Notes: generated by a model from the letters alone, not told the origin. Shown: positions 17,837 through 29,601, counted from the stretch's first letter. The stretch is DNA of 64,000 nt from an uncultured Alteromonadaceae bacterium (GCA_947503265.1 CANNDC010000021.1:4797-68796); one strand, 5' to 3'. Numbers and translations are program-made.

Positions 17837-18823
17837 ATGAGAATTGTTATGCCCAGATTATTAAGTAGCATGTTGTTTCTACTTGTGAGTTTTAATCTTT
17901 TCGCTAAGCACGATGTTATAGCGCATCGAGGGGCTTCTGGCTATTTGCCAGAACACACCCTAGAGGCATTGATTTTAGCTCACGCGCAAAATGCAGATTA
18001 CATCGAACAAGATTTGGTACTGAGCAAAGACTTAATTCCTGTAGTGTTGCATGATATTCACTTAGAAACAGTGACAAATGTCGAACAAGTATTTCCAAAA
18101 CGAGCTCGTGATGATGGTCGATTCTATGCTTTTGACTTTACATTAGCGGAACTTAAAACATTGAGAGTGCACGAAAGAACAGACTCAAATGGTCAACAGG
18201 TCTATCCATCTCGATACAATGGCCAGTCTAAATTTCGTATCGCTACATTTGAAGAACAGATCCAGTTAATCAGTGAACTCAACAGGCAGTTAAATAGAGA
18301 AGTTGGTTACTATCCAGAAATCAAATCGCCTCAATGGCATAAAAAACACGGGGCCGATATCAGCAAAATCGTACTAGATATATTGCGCAAGTATAAATTG
18401 GACGATGCCAATGCGAAAATATTTGTGCAATGCTTTGACTTCAACGAAACAAAACGAATGCGGAATGGGTTAAACGCTAAAGTGAAGTTGGTTCAACTCA
18501 TTGGTGAAAACGATTGGGGCGAGTCGAATAGCGATTATGATTATCTTAAAACTCCAGCAGGCTTAAAGGACATCGCCACCGTTGCTCAGGGTATTGGTCC
18601 TTGGATTCCGCATGTGTTGGAACCTGACTCCATGACATCAACAGGCTTGGTTGAGTCCGCTCACCAGCTAGGATTAAGCGTTCATCCATACACGTTTAGG
18701 ACAGACCAATTACCAAAGGGAATTACATCTAAAAAGTTGCTAGATGTACTATTTGACGACATAAAGGTTGACGGTATTTTTACCGATTTTACCGACACTG
18801 TTGTCCATCATTTGCAGAAATAA
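17837..18823 (+). CDS. glpQ: Periplasmic glycerophosphodiester phosphodiesterase
   Basis: IAHRGASGYLPEHTL, IEQDLV, HDIHL, EIKSP, DGIFTDF. Confidence 0.95.
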   Translation: MRIVMPRLLSSMLFLLVSFNLFAKHDVIAHRGASGYLPEHTLEALILAHAQNADYIEQDLVLSKDLIPVVLHDIHLETVTNVEQVFPKRARDDGRFYAFDFTLAELKTLRVHERTDSNGQQVYPSRYNGQSKFRIATFEEQIQLISELNRQLNREVGYYPEIKSPQWHKKHGADISKIVLDILRKYKLDDANAKIFVQCFDFNETKRMRNGLNAKVKLVQLIGENDWGESNSDYDYLKTPAGLKDIATVAQGIGPWIPHVLEPDSMTSTGLVESAHQLGLSVHPYTFRTDQLPKGITSKKLLDVLFDDIKVDGIFTDFTDTVVHHLQK

Positions 18824-18857
18824 CCGAGCTGATAAGAAGCACTCAGACTTTTATCGA

Positions 18858-19721
18858 CTAGGGCTTAGTCATTCGAATCACAACTCGGCGGTTTTTTGCG
18901 CGAGACATTTCAGTTGTATTAGGCGCGACGTGTCTTCTTTCCCCATGACCAATAACTTGCACGCGAGTAGGGTCGACTCCCATCTCTCGGAAAAAGCTCT
19001 TAATCTCCACCGCTCTGCGAATAGAGAGCTGTTTGTTAGTCCAGCGACCACCATAGCTATCACTATAGCCATCAAGTAAAACCAACTCTATATCCGTGTC
19101 TTCTTTGAGGTAGTCACCTATCATGGCCAAACGTTTTTGCGAGTATTTATTTAAATCGACGCTATTTTTTTTGTAGCTTAATACTGTGTAGGAAATATCA
19201 TCAAAACTAAACGGAAGTAAGTTTGCAACGCATTCTGCAAACTCTTGATAAGGTTGAGCAAAATTACTGGCATTCAATCCAACCGAGACCTTGTCATAAT
19301 CATTGTACCAATCTTGATAATACAAGGTTGGCCAGTAGCCTTTTTCGAGTTCAGACAACATTGTCCAAGCGGCTTTTTCTGGCAGATCACCATTATATTG
19401 CTTGCGAATTGTCATGTCTGAAATGAGTCTTTGCATCTGACCCGGCATCCAGTTAGGCGGCACCGCATAAACTGCCGCTACACCGTAATTTTTAGGCAAG
19501 CGTAACATGTCTAATTCAAATTCCATGTTGAGCTGCTTTGAAGCAAAACTGGTGAAATTGGCTTCACCATAACCGGGAATATTATGGCTTAACATACATT
19601 CTAAACGGTTATTGTTGCTTACTTCCCAATCGGAGTTTTCAACTGAAGCAGCATATTGGCGTAAGCCGGCCGAACTAGCAAAGCTCAATATTGCAACCAG
19701 TATTAAAATCACTATTCTCAT
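18858..19721 (-). CDS. motY: Sodium-type flagellar motor protein MotY (OmpA-like C-terminus)
   Basis: LRQYAASVENSDW..CMLSHNIPGYG N-terminus; RAKNRRVVI PG-binding motif; adjacent to rnt. Confidence 0.93.
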   Translation of the reverse strand: MRIVILILVAILSFASSAGLRQYAASVENSDWEVSNNNRLECMLSHNIPGYGEANFTSFASKQLNMEFELDMLRLPKNYGVAAVYAVPPNWMPGQMQRLISDMTIRKQYNGDLPEKAAWTMLSELEKGYWPTLYYQDWYNDYDKVSVGLNASNFAQPYQEFAECVANLLPFSFDDISYTVLSYKKNSVDLNKYSQKRLAMIGDYLKEDTDIELVLLDGYSDSYGGRWTNKQLSIRRAVEIKSFFREMGVDPTRVQVIGHGERRHVAPNTTEMSRAKNRRVVIRMTKP

Positions 19722-19779
19722 TGATTGACGATGCCCTGAAATAAAAAGCGCTTATGGATATACTTATTATCGTACTAAG

Positions 19780-19806
19780 ATATCGACAAATTATCGAAAA
19801 TGTTTA
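19780..19806 (-). promoter_or_regulatory. sigma28 (FliA)-type promoter of motY
   Basis: Minus strand TAAA-N15-GTCGATAT vs consensus TAAA-N15-GCCGATAA. Confidence 0.65.
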
Positions 19807-19925
19807 GTTTTAAAGCAAGTCTGTATCTTCAGAGCAAATAACACGAGAAACTGCCTATTATTCACTGGTAGGGATTGGTAAAGATTGCCATAATTGACGG
19901 CATCTTAGTTTTACTCAAGGCAGTC

Positions 19926-20552
19926 ATGGCTGACTCAGAATATCAATTGAATCAAAGATTCCGGGGTTATTTTCCGGTGATTATTGATGTAGAAACTGCC
20001 GGATTCAACGCGCAAACTGACGCGTTACTCGAATTAGCAGCAGTAACCACTAAAATGGATGCAGAAGGTAACCTAATTCCGGACAAAACCTTTCATTATC
20101 ATATTGTTCCGTTTGAAGGAGCCAACCTAGAACAGTCTGCTCTCGATTTTAATGGAATTGATCCCTATTGTGCGTTGCGAGGCGCTGTGCCCGAATCTGA
20201 GGCGCTTAAAGATCTATGTAAGCAGGTGAAAAAAGAACAGAAAGAAGCGGATTGCCAACGTTGTGTGATTGTCGCTCACAATGCCTCGTTCGATCAGGGC
20301 TTTGTCAACGCCGCAATGGAACGAAGCCGCATCAAGCGACCTCCATTTCATCCGTTTGTCTCATTTGATACTACTAGTCTCGCAGGGTTAACGCTGGGAC
20401 AAACTGTATTGGTTAAAGCCTGTGAAGCGGCTCAAATAGAATTTGACCAAAATGAAGCGCACTCAGCTTTGTACGACACATCTAAAACAGCTGAGTTATT
20501 TTGCTTTATGGTGAATAAATGGAAAGCCCTTGGAGGATGGCCAAGGGCTTGA
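19926..20552 (+). CDS. rnt: Ribonuclease T (start re-called at ATG 19926 after AAGG RBS)
   Basis: [31 protein letters not shown] DEDDh motifs. Confidence 0.96.
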   Translation: MADSEYQLNQRFRGYFPVIIDVETAGFNAQTDALLELAAVTTKMDAEGNLIPDKTFHYHIVPFEGANLEQSALDFNGIDPYCALRGAVPESEALKDLCKQVKKEQKEADCQRCVIVAHNASFDQGFVNAAMERSRIKRPPFHPFVSFDTTSLAGLTLGQTVLVKACEAAQIEFDQNEAHSALYDTSKTAELFCFMVNKWKALGGWPRA

Positions 20553-20554
20553 GG

Positions 20555-22081
20555 CTAATCTTCGTTAGCCAAATCCAAATTGTGCATTTCTAGGTTGCTT
20601 AATTCAGTTTGAATCATGGCGTTTTTTGAACCTTCACTTCTTGCCATATCAATGCGTTCTAAATACGCGTTATCAACGTCGCCGGTGATGTATTGTCCAT
20701 TGAAGACCGAAGTTTCAAATCGAGTGATACTCGGATTTTCTTCATTCACAGCGTCAACCAAATCGTCTATATCTTGAAAGATAAGGCCATCGGCTTTAAT
20801 CAGCTCGCAAATCTCATCAATTTCTCTACCATAAGCGATTAATTCATTGGCTGACGGCATGTCAATTCCGTACACATTGGGAAAACGAATTTCTGGTGCA
20901 GCGGATGCAAAGTAGACTTTCTTAGCGCCGGATTCCCTTGCCATCTCTATGATTTGCTCTGAGGTTGTTCCCCTCACTACAGAATCGTCAACTAAGAGTA
21001 CATTCTTGCCTTTAAATTCGGATTTAATTGCGTTCAGTTTGCGCCTGACAGATTTCCTTCGCATGGTTTGTCCGGGCATAATAAACGTACGGCCGATGTA
21101 GCGATTTTTCACATAACCTTGACGATAGGGTCTATCCAACTCTATAGCGATTTGTAGAGCAACATCCATAGAGGTTTCCGGAATAGGAATGACCACATCA
21201 ATGTCTTTATCTGCCCACTCTCTTGCTATTTTCTGACCTAACTTCTTACCCATATTTACACGTGAAGCATAGACAGAAATACCGTCAATAAATGAATCAG
21301 GACGAGCAAAATAAACAAATTCGAAAATACATGGGGTGTTGGTTGGATTCTCAGCACATTGTTGTGTGTGCAGTTCACCATTTTCGGTAACGTAAATGGC
21401 TTCGCCAGGAGCAACGTCTCTGATAAAGGTAAAGTCAACCGCATCAATCGCAACACTTTCAGACGCAACCATATACTCGTCACCTTGCTCGGTTTTGCGT
21501 TTACCCAAAGCAAGCGGGCGAATACCAAATGGGTCTCTGAAAGCCACCATTCCATGGCCGATGACGGCAGCTACAACAGCATAAGCTCCACGAATTTTAC
21601 GGTGAACTTTCTTCACCGCTGTGAAGACCTCTTCTGGCGTTAATTCTAGTCCGGAAGATTCTTGAAGTTCATGGGCAAATATATTGAGCAATAGTTCAGA
21701 ATCAGAGTTGGTATTAATATGTCTTTTGGCGGTTCTGAATACTTCCTCTTGTAACTCATGTCCGTTGGTTAAATTACCATTGTGTGCAAAAGCTATCCCA
21801 AATGGAGAGTTAACGTAGAAAGGTTGGGCTTCTGCTGAGCTTGACGTCCCAGCAGTAGGATAACGGGCATGGCCGATACCAAACTTACCTGTCAATCTCT
21901 GCATATGGCGATTGCGAAATACATCACGAACTAATCCATTCTCTTTACGAAGATGGAACATTCCTTGGTCGATTGTCACAATCCCAGCAGCATCTTGTCC
22001 GCGATGCTGCAACACGGTTAACGCATCAAACAGTGATTGGTTAACTGGGCTTTTACCCACTATTCCGACAATACCACACAT
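20555..22081 (-). CDS. purF: Amidophosphoribosyltransferase
   Basis: [37 protein letters not shown]. Confidence 0.99.
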   Translation of the reverse strand: MCGIVGIVGKSPVNQSLFDALTVLQHRGQDAAGIVTIDQGMFHLRKENGLVRDVFRNRHMQRLTGKFGIGHARYPTAGTSSSAEAQPFYVNSPFGIAFAHNGNLTNGHELQEEVFRTAKRHINTNSDSELLLNIFAHELQESSGLELTPEEVFTAVKKVHRKIRGAYAVVAAVIGHGMVAFRDPFGIRPLALGKRKTEQGDEYMVASESVAIDAVDFTFIRDVAPGEAIYVTENGELHTQQCAENPTNTPCIFEFVYFARPDSFIDGISVYASRVNMGKKLGQKIAREWADKDIDVVIPIPETSMDVALQIAIELDRPYRQGYVKNRYIGRTFIMPGQTMRRKSVRRKLNAIKSEFKGKNVLLVDDSVVRGTTSEQIIEMARESGAKKVYFASAAPEIRFPNVYGIDMPSANELIAYGREIDEICELIKADGLIFQDIDDLVDAVNEENPSITRFETSVFNGQYITGDVDNAYLERIDMARSEGSKNAMIQTELSNLEMHNLDLANED

Positions 22082-22094
22082 GCCAATTACCTAT

Positions 22095-22583
22095 TTATTC
22101 GGGTGTTAGAAAACTTGAATTGTTTTGAACATAGTCGAAAAACACTTCAATAATGGGGGTAAATTCAGGGATTAAAACTGACTCTGCCCACAGCGTTGAT
22201 TCGGAAGACTTAGTAAATGTATCTAAAAAGAACAAGAGTGCACTGACAATTAACATACCTCTTAGCAGACCAAACACAGAACCCAAAGCTCTGTCTGTTC
22301 CGGTTAATCCAGTCACTTGTACCAATTGGGCTATCAAGTAGTTGATCAGACCACCTAGAATAAGAGTGGTGACAAATAGAATCGCGATTGAGACACCGTT
22401 TCGAATCATTTGATCGTCGAATTTGGTCATATATGCTGCCAAATCAACGTAGAACTGGCTGGCAATAAAAAACGCAGCAAACCAGATTGCTAAAGAAATG
22501 GCTTCTTTAACAAACCCTCGAATCAAACTAATCACGGTAGATAGAACAATTACACCGATTATGATGAAGTCTACCCAATTCAT
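22095..22583 (-). CDS. cvpA: Colicin V production protein
   Basis: MNWVDFII...RGFVKEAISL, DRALGSVFGLLRG; upstream of purF. Confidence 0.96.
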   Translation of the reverse strand: MNWVDFIIIGVIVLSTVISLIRGFVKEAISLAIWFAAFFIASQFYVDLAAYMTKFDDQMIRNGVSIAILFVTTLILGGLINYLIAQLVQVTGLTGTDRALGSVFGLLRGMLIVSALLFFLDTFTKSSESTLWAESVLIPEFTPIIEVFFDYVQNNSSFLTPE

Positions 22584-22627
22584 GCTGAATATCTCACGTC
22601 AGACACGTCAACTTGTTCTATTAAAAT

Positions 22628-22640
22628 CGCGCGCATTCTA
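22628..22640 (-). promoter_or_regulatory. Probable -10 box with GC-rich discriminator for cvpA-purF
   Basis: Minus strand TAGAAT followed by GCGCGCG. Confidence 0.5.
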
Positions 22641-22666
22641 CCAGACACAGAGTTAATTTCTAGCAC

Positions 22667-23299
22667 TCATTTGATGCTAAAAGGTGAAATTCTACCTTTT
22701 AGTTTAGTTAATTTCTCAAGGGCAGGAAGAGATTCTTGTAAACTCTGTTTATCTAATTCAGGGCCAACAAACACTTTTGTCAATTCACCTGAACTTGTTT
22801 TAACCGGTCGGCTAAACGCTTTGTAACCGTTCTGTCTCAAGCGTCCGAGTAATTCTTGCACATTTTTTTGATGTCTAAATACACCTAACTGAACCACGAA
22901 ACCAGCAGAAACAGGCGCTTCCACTTGAGGGCTGGTTGCGGAAGACAGAATAACGGCTGCGCTAGCGCTTTTCTGTTCTTCCAACTCGTTTACTTGATCG
23001 GCTTGGTCTTGCGCCTCGCTGGAATCACTTGCTAATTCACTCTCCTGAATCTCAAAATCATCCGTTGCTACATCTGCTACGAGTTCAGTTTTAATGGTGG
23101 CTTTTTGCTTAACTTCTTCCAATGGGAATGCTGGCGGTTCAGAAACAGAGGACATTTCTGGTTGTGGGGGTAAATCAACAAACACGGCTTGCGTGGTTTC
23201 CTTCTTGCCATCCAGAATGTCAGGCAAAAATATCACTGCTAATGCAACGATAATGATAGTACCAACCAACCTGTTTTGTAACGCTGTAGACAAGGGCAA
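22667..23299 (-). CDS. dedD: SPOR-domain cell division protein DedD
   Basis: LQNRLVGTIIIVALAVIFLPDILDG; C-terminal VVQLGVF SPOR; folC-dedD-cvpA synteny. Confidence 0.92.
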   Translation of the reverse strand: MPLSTALQNRLVGTIIIVALAVIFLPDILDGKKETTQAVFVDLPPQPEMSSVSEPPAFPLEEVKQKATIKTELVADVATDDFEIQESELASDSSEAQDQADQVNELEEQKSASAAVILSSATSPQVEAPVSAGFVVQLGVFRHQKNVQELLGRLRQNGYKAFSRPVKTSSGELTKVFVGPELDKQSLQESLPALEKLTKLKGRISPFSIK

Positions 23300-23311
23300 A
23301 CCTCTTTTAGC

Positions 23312-24577
23312 TTAATTCCTGTTTTCTAGTATGGTGGCTATGGTAAAGAACGAACCAAATACCACAATCAAATCGTTAGTCTTTGCCGTTTTTACCGCGC
23401 GCGAGTAAGCCTGGCTAACTTCATCGAATTCTAACACTATTTCTGTTTCATCCAGTACTGATTTGAGCAACTTACTCTCAGCTCCGCGAGGATTATCTAA
23501 ACTCGCGACATACCATTTGGCACCCAAGGATGTAAAAGGTTCAAGTGTCGCTTGAATATCCTTATCGGCCAACATGGCAACCACTAAGTGCAGTTGACTG
23601 AAATTAAATTGCTGTAAATAAGAACGCAGATTACGTGTCGCATGGGGGTTATGCGCAACATCTAAGATTACCGGTGGATCTTCTGATATTTGTTGTAAAC
23701 GCCCTGGAAGACTAGCAGTGGCTATCACCTTTTTAACTTGTTCTTCGGATAATTTGAAGTTGAGTAACTCGATTACTTGCAACCCAGTTGAAACGTTTTG
23801 TATTGGAATACTTGGTATTGGTAAACACGTCAGCGTTTGAGTTTTAGATTTCCAAGACCAGTCTTGGTTTCCATGATGATAACGAAAGTCCCTTTGCTGC
23901 CAATACGCATCAACTTGTGTCAATCTAGCGAGTTCAACGAGTGTAGATGGAGGATCATCTTCACCAATGACCGCTGGAATTGACTGTCTAAAAATGCCTG
24001 CTTTCTCGGTTGCGACACTTTCTCGCGTATTCCCCAACCACTCCTGATGATCCAAGTCAATGCTCGTGATGACGGCCATATTTGGCTCTACAATATTTAC
24101 CGCATCTAAACGTCCACCAAGACCAACCTCAAGCAGCACGATGTCACAATTGTGTTTTTCGATAAGTGTTAGCGCAGCAAGCGTTGCAAATTCAAAAAAA
24201 GTAAGCAGTATATTGCCTCTAGCCTGCTCTATTTTTAAGAAGGCTTCACAATGCTCTTTGCCTGATACTAGAGCATTGTTTATACGCACACGTTCACGAT
24301 AATCATTGAGATGCGGCGAACTATAGACTGCGACAGACTTCCCCGCCTTCATTGCGGCCTGCTCAATAAAAGCGCAAGTTGTGCCTTTCCCATTGGTTCC
24401 AGCGACAGTAATTATTGTGCTGGTTGAAAGATCTAAATCGAGACGATCGAAGACCTGCTGGACTCTGTCGAGACCCATTTCGATATTTTTGGGATGAATT
24501 GAAAGGAGATAGTCTAACCAATTGGCGACAGACCAAGACGAATCAGGTTCGCCTTGGTCATGGACAGCATTTATCAT
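23312..24577 (-). CDS. folC: Bifunctional folylpolyglutamate/dihydrofolate synthase
   Basis: VAGTNGKGTT, YSSPHL..YRER, LEVGLGGRLDAVN, DVAHNPHA. Confidence 0.98.
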   Translation of the reverse strand: MINAVHDQGEPDSSWSVANWLDYLLSIHPKNIEMGLDRVQQVFDRLDLDLSTSTIITVAGTNGKGTTCAFIEQAAMKAGKSVAVYSSPHLNDYRERVRINNALVSGKEHCEAFLKIEQARGNILLTFFEFATLAALTLIEKHNCDIVLLEVGLGGRLDAVNIVEPNMAVITSIDLDHQEWLGNTRESVATEKAGIFRQSIPAVIGEDDPPSTLVELARLTQVDAYWQQRDFRYHHGNQDWSWKSKTQTLTCLPIPSIPIQNVSTGLQVIELLNFKLSEEQVKKVIATASLPGRLQQISEDPPVILDVAHNPHATRNLRSYLQQFNFSQLHLVVAMLADKDIQATLEPFTSLGAKWYVASLDNPRGAESKLLKSVLDETEIVLEFDEVSQAYSRAVKTAKTNDLIVVFGSFFTIATILENRN

Positions 24578-24583
24578 GCAGAA

Positions 24584-25432
24584 TTAACTAGCTTTGTGAT
24601 GCAGCTTTTTCAATATGCTATGAACTTTATCGCGCATATCGCGACGATCGACAATCATATCAATTGCGCCTTTTTCCAATAAGAACTCGCTACGCTGGAA
24701 TCCTTCGGGAAGTGTTTCGCGCACTGTCTGTTCGATAACACGCGGTCCTGCGAAACCGATCAAGGCTTTAGGTTCACCAATATTCACATCACCTAGCATA
24801 GCTAAACTAGCAGAAACCCCACCCATAGTTGGATCAGTAAGAACAGAAATGAAAGGTAATCCCTTTTTACTCATTTTTGCCAATGCGGCACTGGTTTTGG
24901 CCATTTGCATAAGTGAAAGTAGCGCTTCTTGCATACGCGCCCCACCACTTGTTGAAAAGCAAATTAATGGCGTATTGTTTTCTAAACAAGACTCAGCAGC
25001 TTTGACAAATCGAGCACCAACAACCGATGCCATAGAGCCTCCCATGAAGGAAAACTCAAACGCAGTCACCACAACAGGCATCCCTTTTAGTTTGCCTTTC
25101 ATCGCAACCAATGCATCTTTCTCATTGGTCTTTTTTTGCGCCGCAATTATGCGATCTTTATAGCGCTTAGAATCCTTGAACTTCAGTATATCTTGGGGTT
25201 CAAGTTCGCTACCTAACTCTTCTCTATCTGATTGATCTAAAAAATGATTCAGCCTTGCTCTAGCGGTCACACGCATGTGGTGATCGCACTTAGGACATAC
25301 TTCCAGTTGTTTTTCCAACTCTGTTTTATACAAAGTCGAACCACAGGAATCGCATTTAGTCCAAATTCCTTCAGGCACGGTACTTTTAGTCGCCGATTGA
25401 GGCCTTGGCAGTATCTTTTGTATCCAACTCAT
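24584..25432 (-). CDS. accD: Acetyl-CoA carboxylase carboxyltransferase beta
   Basis: VPEGIWTKC zinc finger, [17 protein letters not shown]. Confidence 0.99.
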   Translation of the reverse strand: MSWIQKILPRPQSATKSTVPEGIWTKCDSCGSTLYKTELEKQLEVCPKCDHHMRVTARARLNHFLDQSDREELGSELEPQDILKFKDSKRYKDRIIAAQKKTNEKDALVAMKGKLKGMPVVVTAFEFSFMGGSMASVVGARFVKAAESCLENNTPLICFSTSGGARMQEALLSLMQMAKTSAALAKMSKKGLPFISVLTDPTMGGVSASLAMLGDVNIGEPKALIGFAGPRVIEQTVRETLPEGFQRSEFLLEKGAIDMIVDRRDMRDKVHSILKKLHHKAS

Positions 25433-25548
25433 TTAACAATTCCTAATTGCGAAAACTTGATTAACTCGGCTATTTTATTCTATTTCAATTCAGTATGTTA
25501 CCAGAATTACTGTTATTAAAGCATAGATCGATACTGCTAAGAAAACAA

Positions 25549-25565
25549 AACTGGTCTAACAACAA
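25549..25565. promoter_or_regulatory. Possible FadR site upstream of accD
   Basis: AACTGGTC-T-AACAACAA: one perfect half of AACTGGTCnGACCAGTT. Confidence 0.35.
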
Positions 25566-25585
25566 CCTAATTAGGCTGTTTTTAT

Positions 25586-26365
25586 TTAAAGCATCAACGG
25601 GCCTAAAGGTGTATTTGGAATAGCAAATTCATCTGGATAAACCACTTTAACCAGATAAAGCCCATTGGGCTTTGCAGTTGCCGCTGCTTTTGTTCTGTCT
25701 TTGTTTACTAATAATTCGTTTAGCCACCCCACGGGTTGCTCACCGCTTCCTATTTTAACCAACGACCCTGTTATATTTCTAACCATATGATGCAAGAAGG
25801 CATTTGCTTGCACATCTATCAATATGTAATCAGCTGTGCGAGTTACATTAATGTGGCTTAATCTTCTAATCGCCGTCTTTGCCTGACACAAGGACGCTCT
25901 AAAAGCAGAAAAATCGTGTTCACCAACCAGACACTGTGCGGCTTCATGCATCTTTTCGTGGTCAAGAGGCGCATAGATGTGGGTAATCCCCTTATTCAAT
26001 ATTCCTGTGCGTAAACGATGATTATAAATGATATATCGATAACGCCTGGCGGTCGCCGAAAATCGAGCATGGAAATTGTCATCAACGACTTTTGCCCACT
26101 TGATAGCAACATCACTCGGTAAATGGGTATTTAATCCCAAGGTCCAAGCTCTCTCTGGACGAGTAACAGGGGAATCAAAATGAACAATTTGCCCTGTAGC
26201 GTGAACACCTGCATCGGTTCGTCCAGCACACTGAACATGAATATCGGTATTCGCCACTACCTTTAGGGCTTTTTCTAGCTGCTGTTGCACACTTGTTGCG
26301 TTACTCTGACGTTGCCATCCAAAGTAATTTGCGCCGTCATACTCAATTCCTAGCGCTACTCTCAT
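25586..26365 (-). CDS. truA: tRNA pseudouridine(38-40) synthase
   Basis: [45 protein letters not shown]. Confidence 0.99.
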   Translation of the reverse strand: MRVALGIEYDGANYFGWQRQSNATSVQQQLEKALKVVANTDIHVQCAGRTDAGVHATGQIVHFDSPVTRPERAWTLGLNTHLPSDVAIKWAKVVDDNFHARFSATARRYRYIIYNHRLRTGILNKGITHIYAPLDHEKMHEAAQCLVGEHDFSAFRASLCQAKTAIRRLSHINVTRTADYILIDVQANAFLHHMVRNITGSLVKIGSGEQPVGWLNELLVNKDRTKAAATAKPNGLYLVKVVYPDEFAIPNTPLGPLML

Positions 26366-26431
26366 GATAAATTCACTGAATCAGGTTTTCCTAAATTAAA
26401 ATTGCTATAGACCAATTTACTCACCCATTAT

Positions 26432-26884
26432 TTATAGTGATAACGTCTTACACATTACTGGTAAAAATCGACCTTTTATTGAGCTGGGCTTGTTGTCGAT
26501 AGTAACAAAGCCATGGTGAGCATAAAAACCTTCAGCATTCGGATCTGCATCTAAGGTTATTTTGGATTTTCCAGCTCGTTTGGCTGCATCAACGCAAGCA
26601 TTCAAAAGAAGCGAACCTACGCCCGAACCAATTGCATCTGGGGAGATAAACAAACTATCGACTTGCACCCAATCTTTTTCTAGTCTAAATCCGCACATCC
26701 CACATAGCACGGTTTTTTCAAGGGCCAAGTTAACATTGTGCCGCGAAATGTAGTCGGAGGATACCGATAGTTCATCGTGCCACTCTTCTATCAGAGCAGC
26801 ACTGTAGCCCCAAAAGGCTTTAGACTGTCTCATCAGTTGGGTTACAGATTGGAATTCATTAGGGTAGGCAGAACGTATCAACAT
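26432..26884 (-). CDS. GNAT family N-acetyltransferase
   Basis: LFISPDAIGSGVGSLL acetyl-CoA motif; ADPNAEGFY. Confidence 0.85.
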   Translation of the reverse strand: MLIRSAYPNEFQSVTQLMRQSKAFWGYSAALIEEWHDELSVSSDYISRHNVNLALEKTVLCGMCGFRLEKDWVQVDSLFISPDAIGSGVGSLLLNACVDAAKRAGKSKITLDADPNAEGFYAHHGFVTIDNKPSSIKGRFLPVMCKTLSL

Positions 26885-26890
26885 ATGATT

Positions 26891-29572
26891 TTATTCTGGT
26901 AATTTGCTCAGTAACTCTTGTGCTTCTCGCTGTTGAGCTTCATCTCCCTTGTCTAGAACATCTTCCAGTAAAGGTATAGCCGCATCGATTTCTTCAGTTT
27001 CAAGATAAGCTTGTGCTAAATCTAATTTAGCACCTATACCTTGGTCGCCATCAACATCAACCATGTCCTCTTCTGACAACTTTTCGTGAGAACCGAAAGC
27101 TGATTCGAGATCCAACTTTTTCTCAGCTTGCTCTTCTTCTTGTTCACTCTCTGATATTAAATCTTCAACGTCAACAAACTTGCTTTCGTCGACTTCTTTT
27201 TCCAACGTATCTGAGTCCATTGAATCCATCGAGTCAATGTCTGTCAGCAAAGCATCGAAATCTAATCCAGAATCATCTAAGGACTTTTCATCAGCAGCGG
27301 AAGTACTCGATTCAGGCAATTCGATGTCATCTTCAATGCCATCCAGCAATTCATCAAAACTACTATTTTCTAGCTCATTTATTTCTGCGGTCTCTGCCTT
27401 ACTATCTTCAGTAAGCCAGTCGCCCAGTCCAGGTAAGTCGTCCAATTCAACATTAGATTCGCTGTCAAATTCAGCACCTTCATCGTCCAAAAAGTCCGAA
27501 TCAATAACATCTTCATCAAAGGTCTTTAATGCTTCTTCAAGTTCTTTATCATTAAACTCATCTTCGACATCAGACAGTGTAGGGATATCGTCATCAAGCG
27601 ATGCAAGCGGATCCTGTGATTCGTCTTCTGAACTAATATCCTCTGATTGGAAGTCCTCTAATACTTCGTTAGCAAAGTCTTCAGATGCCTGTTTATCAGC
27701 TTCTTCGCTAGCGTCCTCGCTGACTTGAACATCATCCGTTGATAAAGCTTCTGAAACTGATTCACTTTCGATGTCATCAACAGAATTTTCGTCTTCTTGA
27801 GTTTCGTCTTCTTGAGTTTCTTCGAACGCGATATCTTCAATTGCTTGCTGTTCAATTCCTTCAGCAACCTCATCTAATTCTTGAATCGCATGTTGTTTAG
27901 AGGATTCATTAGACTCAGGAACTTCTTCTTCAGACTCGTCTTCCAAGCCATCTAACAAGCCACCCATTTGCTCTAGTTGCTCAATTTCATTGAGCAAATT
28001 ATCCGTCATTTTATCTAGTTGATTATTTTGCGAAGCAATCTCTTTATCGAGATTCTGCAACATTTCATCATCTAGTGAATCTGCATCAGCATCCAACACA
28101 GAGTCTGGAAGTTCTATTTCAGGTTGCTCGAGCAATTCATCAATACTGATTTCTGGTTTTTCTTCATCCTCTACAACAGATGAAATCTCTTTAGCTTCTG
28201 GTTCGTCCTCTTTTATGGGATCTTCAACTTGAGGATCTTCTTCCACAGGAGCAGCGGCCACCAATTCATCAACGTCATCAGTTAACTCGGGTTCTGCTTC
28301 TGGCTCAGGTTCGGGCTCTGATGGCGGTTCTGGGCTGGTTTCTTCATCAGGGTCTTCATCGATTTGGGCGAGTAATTCGTCTTCCTCGTCAAACAGACTA
28401 TCCAAGTCTTCTTGCTCTAGTAAGCCATCCTCACTGTCTGTTGATTCTTCAACTATTGGTTCAAGGTTTTCATCACCTAAGTCATCAAAATTCTCTAAAT
28501 CTTCCTCTCTTTCATCGAGAGATTCTTTTAACTCTTCGGATAAAACATCATCCAGCAATTCTTCATCAGCAAAGAGATCGTCGTCACTCGAATCGCTCAA
28601 ATCGTCGGAGAGTTCATCACTTAGCGCATCCGCCAAGTCGTCCATTTCATCACTTTGCTCCAAACTAGCTGCATGCGCTTGGTCATCAGACAAAGTCATT
28701 TCGCTAGTGTCACTGGAACTATTTCTGCGCACTAACCAAAGCGCAAAACCGGCAAGCAGACTTAGCGAGAGTAAAACGGTTAACGCAATCAGAGTAATGG
28801 GGTCAGTAAGCCAATCCAAACTGGATTTTTGCGATTCAGCTCGACGCTGTGATTCCGCATCGCGAGAAATTGCTAAAAGTTCATTTTGCAATTCCAGCAT
28901 CTGGTCCATTTGAGTTTGTATTTCAACATCAACTCGACCGCGCAAATCGGCAATATCTTGATCTACCCCGTCCAGACGTTCAAGTAACTTTTTGTTTTCG
29001 TTAAGCAATGATTGAACGCTGTTTATGGATTCGGCGAACTGCTTACGAATAGCCATAAACTGACGATTTTGCTGCGCATCTAACTCTGTTAATTTCTCTT
29101 CGATGACTTGTTTTGTTTCGCTGAGATCATCTTTACTGGCAACCCCTGAAGGCTTAGATATAGCCGCACCTATATCGCCCTGTTGCGCTATTCCAGGCCA
29201 ACTTGCATCATCATTTTCCGCTTTTAAACGAGCTTGTTCAGGATCAATTCGAGCAATGTATCTTTCAGAAGGTAAATTTAAGATTGAGCCATCGATAAGG
29301 TGATTAAAATTGTTATCATCAAAGGCTTCAGGGTTCAATTGATAGATACCCTGCATAACTTGGTAAACAGAAAGGTTTTTGTTTTGGCGATAACGACTAG
29401 CAATACGCCAAAGCGTGTCACTTGGTGTCACCGGACCATAAGTGGTGCCAGACAATTCAGCACTACCATTTTTTGGTCCTTTGATTTGAACTTCTTGTGC
29501 AACCGCTCCCGAACCCAGGCAAATTAATCCCAGAAATATTAGTAGCGCTAATGCTAACGTTCGCACATTCAT
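26891..29572 (-). CDS. fimV: Polar landmark protein FimV/HubP
   Basis: Signal peptide, LysM (TYGPVTPSDTLWRIA), coiled coil, one TM, long D/E-rich region, C-terminal AKLDLAQAYLE FimV domain; asd-fimV-truA synteny. Confidence 0.93.
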   Translation of the reverse strand: MNVRTLALALLIFLGLICLGSGAVAQEVQIKGPKNGSAELSGTTYGPVTPSDTLWRIASRYRQNKNLSVYQVMQGIYQLNPEAFDDNNFNHLIDGSILNLPSERYIARIDPEQARLKAENDDASWPGIAQQGDIGAAISKPSGVASKDDLSETKQVIEEKLTELDAQQNRQFMAIRKQFAESINSVQSLLNENKKLLERLDGVDQDIADLRGRVDVEIQTQMDQMLELQNELLAISRDAESQRRAESQKSSLDWLTDPITLIALTVLLSLSLLAGFALWLVRRNSSSDTSEMTLSDDQAHAASLEQSDEMDDLADALSDELSDDLSDSSDDDLFADEELLDDVLSEELKESLDEREEDLENFDDLGDENLEPIVEESTDSEDGLLEQEDLDSLFDEEDELLAQIDEDPDEETSPEPPSEPEPEPEAEPELTDDVDELVAAAPVEEDPQVEDPIKEDEPEAKEISSVVEDEEKPEISIDELLEQPEIELPDSVLDADADSLDDEMLQNLDKEIASQNNQLDKMTDNLLNEIEQLEQMGGLLDGLEDESEEEVPESNESSKQHAIQELDEVAEGIEQQAIEDIAFEETQEDETQEDENSVDDIESESVSEALSTDDVQVSEDASEEADKQASEDFANEVLEDFQSEDISSEDESQDPLASLDDDIPTLSDVEDEFNDKELEEALKTFDEDVIDSDFLDDEGAEFDSESNVELDDLPGLGDWLTEDSKAETAEINELENSSFDELLDGIEDDIELPESSTSAADEKSLDDSGLDFDALLTDIDSMDSMDSDTLEKEVDESKFVDVEDLISESEQEEEQAEKKLDLESAFGSHEKLSEEDMVDVDGDQGIGAKLDLAQAYLETEEIDAAIPLLEDVLDKGDEAQQREAQELLSKLPE

Positions 29573-29601
29573 ATGATTATTTAATCGCTCTTAACAACGT
29601 C

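Noticed and set aside
27180-27728. 182-aa Ser-rich plus-strand ORF
   Set aside because: Antisense shadow of the D/E-rich fimV region (GAN codons read as Ser/Phe/Ile/Leu/Val).
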